Below are positions 59,642 through 64,000 of a stretch of 64,000 nucleotides of DNA, piece after piece (the first letter of the stretch is position 1; each line of letters starts with the position of its first letter). A program made the translations under genes and the position numbers. This DNA is from Squalus acanthias (taxonomy: Eukaryota): the NCBI GenBank assembly GCA_030390025.1, contig JASTWF010000035.1, positions 124,001 through 188,000 of the forward strand. The letters run 5' to 3'. The notes below the pieces were generated by a model. The model made no database searches. It saw only the letters and a program-made list of their open reading frames with translations, and had not been told where the DNA came from.

Positions 59642-59819
59642 ATGGAGCTGTCTCTGCTCACCTCCCTGCTCATTTCACTCGCCTCTCACCCTGTTTGGCT
59701 CATCGTTTCAGTCGTCCTGTATCTCGTTGTCCGGTTGCAAAGGAGAGGATGGTGGAGACCGAGAGAGTGTCCAGTGGATCTCACTGGGAAAACGGCCATT
59801 GTCACTGGAGCTAACACAG
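59642..59819 (+). CDS. RDH-like SDR copy B, coding exon 1
   Basis: ATG; hydrophobic signal-anchor; DLTGKTAIVTGANTG; CAG|gtaag donor, in phase with exon 2. Confidence 0.92.
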
Positions 59820-60319
59820 GTAAGAGTCTGCAGCAGTTTGGCTCAGTCAGTAACACTCCCCCTCCCTCCGAATCAGAAGGTCACGGGCTCAAGCCCCACT
59901 CGAGAGCTTCAGCCCCATAATCCAGGCTGACCTTTCAGTGCAGTACGGAGGGAGTGCTGCACTGGCAGAGGTGCCGTCTTTCGGATGAGACGTTAAACCG
60001 ATGCCCTGTCGCTGGTTCAGGTGGGTGTTAAAGATCCCATGACAATATTGGATGAAGAGCAGGGCCAACAATCTCCCCTCAATAAAAACCTTCAAATGCC
60101 TGGCATTAAACTCAACAGAACGTATCCCAGCGTTTGGAAACGAAAGCTGTGATGAAATTTCCCTTGACTGTGCCTGCCCAGACCTGTGCAAAACTCAATC
60201 TGCTGGATCAGTTACTGGGCAACAAGTCTGAAGCATTCTCCAGGGTGCACAGACTGGAAAATTCATTATAATACAAAATTCAAAAGCCTTTGGAATACTG
60301 AAAGTGCTATAGATGTAAA

Positions 60320-60805
60320 GGAGGAGGTTTACCAGGATGTTACCAGGGATCAGGGACTTCAGTTATGAGGAGAGGTTGGAAAGGTTTGGACTGTTCTCCT
60401 TGGAACAGAGAAGGTCAAGAGGTGACCTGATCGAGGTTTTTCAAGATGTTGACAGTTTTTGAGAGAGTAAATAGAGAAAAACTATTCCCTCTGGCAAGTA
60501 GGTCAATAACCAGAGGTCCTAGATTCAACATCATTGGCAAAAGATCGAGAGGGAGATGAGGAGAAATGTTTTCACTCGGAGAGTTATTGGGATCTGGAAC
60601 GCTCGACCTGAAAAGGTGGTGGAAGCTGATTCCATCAATAATTTTAAAGGGGAGTTGGACGGGTTCTTGAGGATGAGGAACTTACAGGGTTCCAGACAAA
60701 ATGCGGGGTTGTGGGACTAAGCACGACGTCTCTTTCACAGAGCCAGCACAGGCACGACGGGCCGAAGGGTTTCCTCCTGTGCTGTAAGTTTCAATGATTC
60801 TATGA
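60320..60805 (+). mobile_element. CR1 3' fragment
   Basis: Degenerate RT C-terminus and 3' UTR. Confidence 0.75.
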
Positions 60806-60936
60806 TAAAGAAAGACTTACATAAGAACATAAGAAATAGGAGCAGGAGTCGGCCATTCCGCCCCTCGAGCCTGCTCCGCCATTCAATGAGATCATGGCTG
60901 ATCCGATTTTGCCCTCAACTCCACCTTCCTGTCCGT

Positions 60937-62185
60937 GGGATGTTGTAAGGAGAGAGGGAGGGGAGGATGTTGTAAAGAGAGAGAGAGGGAGGGATGTTGT
61001 AAAGGGAGAGAGAGAGGGAGGGATGTTGTAAAGGGAGAGAGAGAGGGAGGGATGTTGTAAAGAGAGACGGAGGGATGTTGTAAAGAGAGAGAGAGGGAGG
61101 GATGTTGTAAAGGGAGAGAGAGAGGGAGGGATGTTGTAAGGAGAGAGGGAGGGGAGGATGTTGTAAAGAGAGAGAGGGAGGGGAGGATGTTGTAAAGAGA
61201 GAGAGAGGGAGGGATGTTGTAAAGAGAGAGAGGGAGGGATGTTGTAGAGAGAGAGAGAGGGATATGGAAAAGGAGAGAGGGAGGGAGGGATGTTGTAAAG
61301 GAGAGAGAGGGGGAGGGATGTTGTAAAGGAGAGAGAGGGAGGGATGTTGTAAAGGAGAGAGAGGGAGGGATGGTGTAAAGGAGAGAGAGGGAGGGTTGTT
61401 GTAAAGGAGAGAGAGGGGGAGGGATGTTGTAAAGGAGAGAGAGAGGGAGGGATGTTGTAACGGAGAGAGGGAGGGATGTTGTAAAGGAGAGAGAGAGGGA
61501 GGGATGTTGTAGAGAGAGAGAGGGATGTAAAGGAGAGAGAGAGAGGGATGTTGTAAAGGAGAGAGAGAGAGGGATGTTGTAAAGGAGAGAGAGAGAGAGG
61601 GATGTTGTAAAGAAGAGAGGGAGGAATGTTCTAAAGGAGAGAGAGAGAGGGATGTTGTAAAGGAGAGAGAGAGAGAGGGATGTTGTAAAGAAGAGAGGGA
61701 GGGATGTTGTAAAGGAGAGAGAGAGGGATGTTGTAAAGGAGAGAGAGAGAGGGATGTTGTAAAGGAGAGAGAGGGATGTTGTAAAGGAGAGAGGGAGGGA
61801 TGTTCTAAAGGAGAGAGAGAGGGATGTTGTAAAGGAGAGAGAGAGGGATGTTGTAAAGGAGAGAGAGAGAGGGATGTTGTAAAGGAGAGAGAGAGGGATG
61901 TTGTAAAGGAGAGAGAGAGAGGGATGTTGTAAAGGAGAGAGAGAGAGAGAGGGATGTTGTAAAGGAGAGAGAGAGGGATGTTGTAAAGGAGAGAAAGAGA
62001 GGGATGTTGTAAAGGAGAGAGAGAGAGGGGGATGTTGTAAAGGAGAGAGAGAGAGAGGGATGTTGTAAAGGAGAGAGAGAGAGGGGGATGTTGTAAAGTA
62101 GAGAGAGAGAGGGGGATGTTGTAAAGGAGAGAGAGAGAGGGGGATGTTGTAAAGGAGAGAGAGAGAGAGGGATGTTGTAAAGGAG
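60937..62185. repeat. Purine-rich minisatellite GGGATGTTGTAAAGGA(GA)n
   Basis: Directly visible, with variable GA length. Confidence 0.93.
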
Positions 62186-62402
62186 GAGTCCCCCCTCATA
62201 GAATCATTAGTACAGCACAGGAGGCCATTCGGCCCATCGAGTCTGCGCCGGCTCTTTCGAAGAGCAATCCAGTCAGTCCCACTCCCGCTCTTTCCCCATA
62301 TCCCTGCAGTTTTTTCTCCTTCCAGTATTTAGCCAGTTCCCTAAAGGAAAAGCGTTGTGTTTTGGAGCTTCATTGCCGTGAGCCTTTTTCCTGTGTGCCC
62401 AG

Positions 62403-62642
62403 GGATCGGGAGGTACATCGCTCAGGACTTTGCCCAGAGAAATGCTCGTGTGATCCTGGCCTGCCGTAGTTTGCAGCGAGGACAGAGAGCGGAGCGAGAG
62501 ATACGGCGCAGGACGGGGAACAATAACGTTCACCTGCGCATTCTGGACACCAGCTCCATGGAATCGGTGAGGAACTTCACGGAGCGGATTAAGAAGGAGG
62601 AGAAACGGCTGGATATCCTTGTAAATAACGCAGCCACTGCAG
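62403..62642 (+). CDS. RDH-like SDR copy B, coding exon 2
   Basis: Matches 43-282 except AGT>AAT (Ser>Asn). Confidence 0.92.
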
Positions 62643-62862
62643 GTAATGTGCAACAGTGTAGAATAGGGTTTTAATAGGATTGCTTATAAAAATACTTTAT
62701 TGAAATAGAAGTAAATAAGGAACATTTTCAATGCAAAATAGATGAATGTAAAGAACATCATAACCTGTATTCCTATAGGTCGCCTCAGCTGTAGGGAGAT
62801 CATTATGTTAAGGAGAATAATTAGTTAATATCGTGTGACACGGCCACATCAAATCAACATTT

Positions 62863-64000
62863 TGTTGAGGCTGCCGCGAACCACGAATGGAGGCTGAATC
62901 CATATGTGGAAAACAAGAAACTTTTATTCACTGCATGGCACACAAAATGGCTGAGAAAGCTGCTCCCAGAATTCTCTGGAAAAACTCCCAGAATTCTCTG
63001 GAAAAACTCCCAGAATTCTCTGTGTAAAACCTGAGGCCCCGCCACCTTCTGCCTTAAAGGTAAGGTGCCTGAAAGGGGAAGGTGCTGGAAATTTGTCCAC
63101 AGACGGAAGAGTGGATTATGCCCGTTTTAGGTGGCGATCCGCCACACAGCTCCCCCCAGAATCCGCTTAGGAGGTGTGGACGAGACGGTGCGGCGGTCTG
63201 ATGGGCTGGCCAGAGCGGCTCTTGTAGGACGCCGGTGGATGTGGAACGGCCGGGCGTGGAGCAGCCGGGTGAACCGGCTTGAGGGCAGGTCGGCCGCGTG
63301 GAGGTGGACGAGCTACAGGGACCTGCTCCCCGGGCTCCGAGTGTGCTGGCTTGAGTCGGTCCACCGACACTTTTTCGGTCCTGTCGCCCACTTGCAGGTT
63401 GAAAAATTTGTCCCCAGCCTGTAGCACCTTGTAGGGCCCGTCGTATGGGGGTTGAAGGGGTCCGCGGTGGGGGTCGTGCCGGACGAAAACAAACCGTGCC
63501 TGGTGCAGGCTTAGTGGGACGTGTGAGGTGGATTCGCCATGTCGGGCAATGGGCACCGGGGCGAACTGCAGCGCCGGTGATGCGAAGTCGTGGCGTTGCT
63601 GGTCGGCTGACCAGGGTGTCGTGGCGATGGGCAGGAACTCGCCGGGTACGCGCAGCGGCTGACCGTACACGAGCTCTGCTGCCGATGCGTGGAGGTCTTC
63701 TTTAACCGCGGTGCGCAGGCCGAGGAGGACCCACGGAAGTCGGTCAGTCCAGGCGCCGTCTTGGAGGCTGGCTCGAAGAGATGCCTTCAAGGATCTGTGG
63801 AACCGCTCACACAGTCCGTTGGCTTGGGGGTGGTACGCTGTGGTGCGGTGGATGGTCACCCCGAGATTGCGTGCGACGGCGGTCCAGAGTTCAGAAGTAA
63901 ATTGCGGACCTCTGTCCGACGTCATGTCGGAGGGGAAGCCGAACCGTGTGACCCAGGTGCTGACGAAGGCTCTGGCGATGTCGGCGGTGGTGGTAGAGGT
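62863..64000 (-). mobile_element. Gypsy LTR retrotransposon 3' end (LTR ~62863-63146, PPT, integrase), continuing beyond the window
   Basis: TG start where similarity to copy A breaks; GGGGGGAG PPT; TSDRGPQF, TTAYHPQANGLCERFH and PYDGPY integrase motifs in an open frame. Confidence 0.9.

Overview
Repeat-dense vertebrate DNA, most likely from a cartilaginous fish (inferred from the CR1, DeuSINE and Penelope repertoire). The host content is a retinol-dehydrogenase-like SDR gene on the + strand (coding exons 2-6, 43-47485). A near-identical tandem copy follows it (exons 1-2, 59642-62642; offset 62,360 bp). The centrepiece is an apparently intact 12.7-kb provirus (18441-31161, - strand) lying antisense in intron 4. 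It has near-identical 1.64-kb LTRs, a 4-bp AGAT target-site duplication (TSD), an Arg-tRNA-type primer-binding site (PBS) and a polypurine tract (PPT). Gag carries an overlapping PSAPPSY late-domain motif and is joined in frame to pol by a single UGA-CUAG readthrough-type stop. Pol has two RNase H domains (a degenerate tether plus an intact one). Env is non-canonical: it resembles an F-type class I fusion protein with an N-terminal Ig-like module. This architecture resembles lokiretroviruses rather than ordinary ERVs or Gypsy elements. A diverged relative of its LTR is nested in another solo LTR just upstream. The rest is layered CR1, RTE and L2 LINEs, Penelope fragments with hammerhead-like motifs, Gypsy remnants, Harbinger transposons, SINEs and minisatellites. 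All assignments come from reading motifs by eye; no database searches were run.
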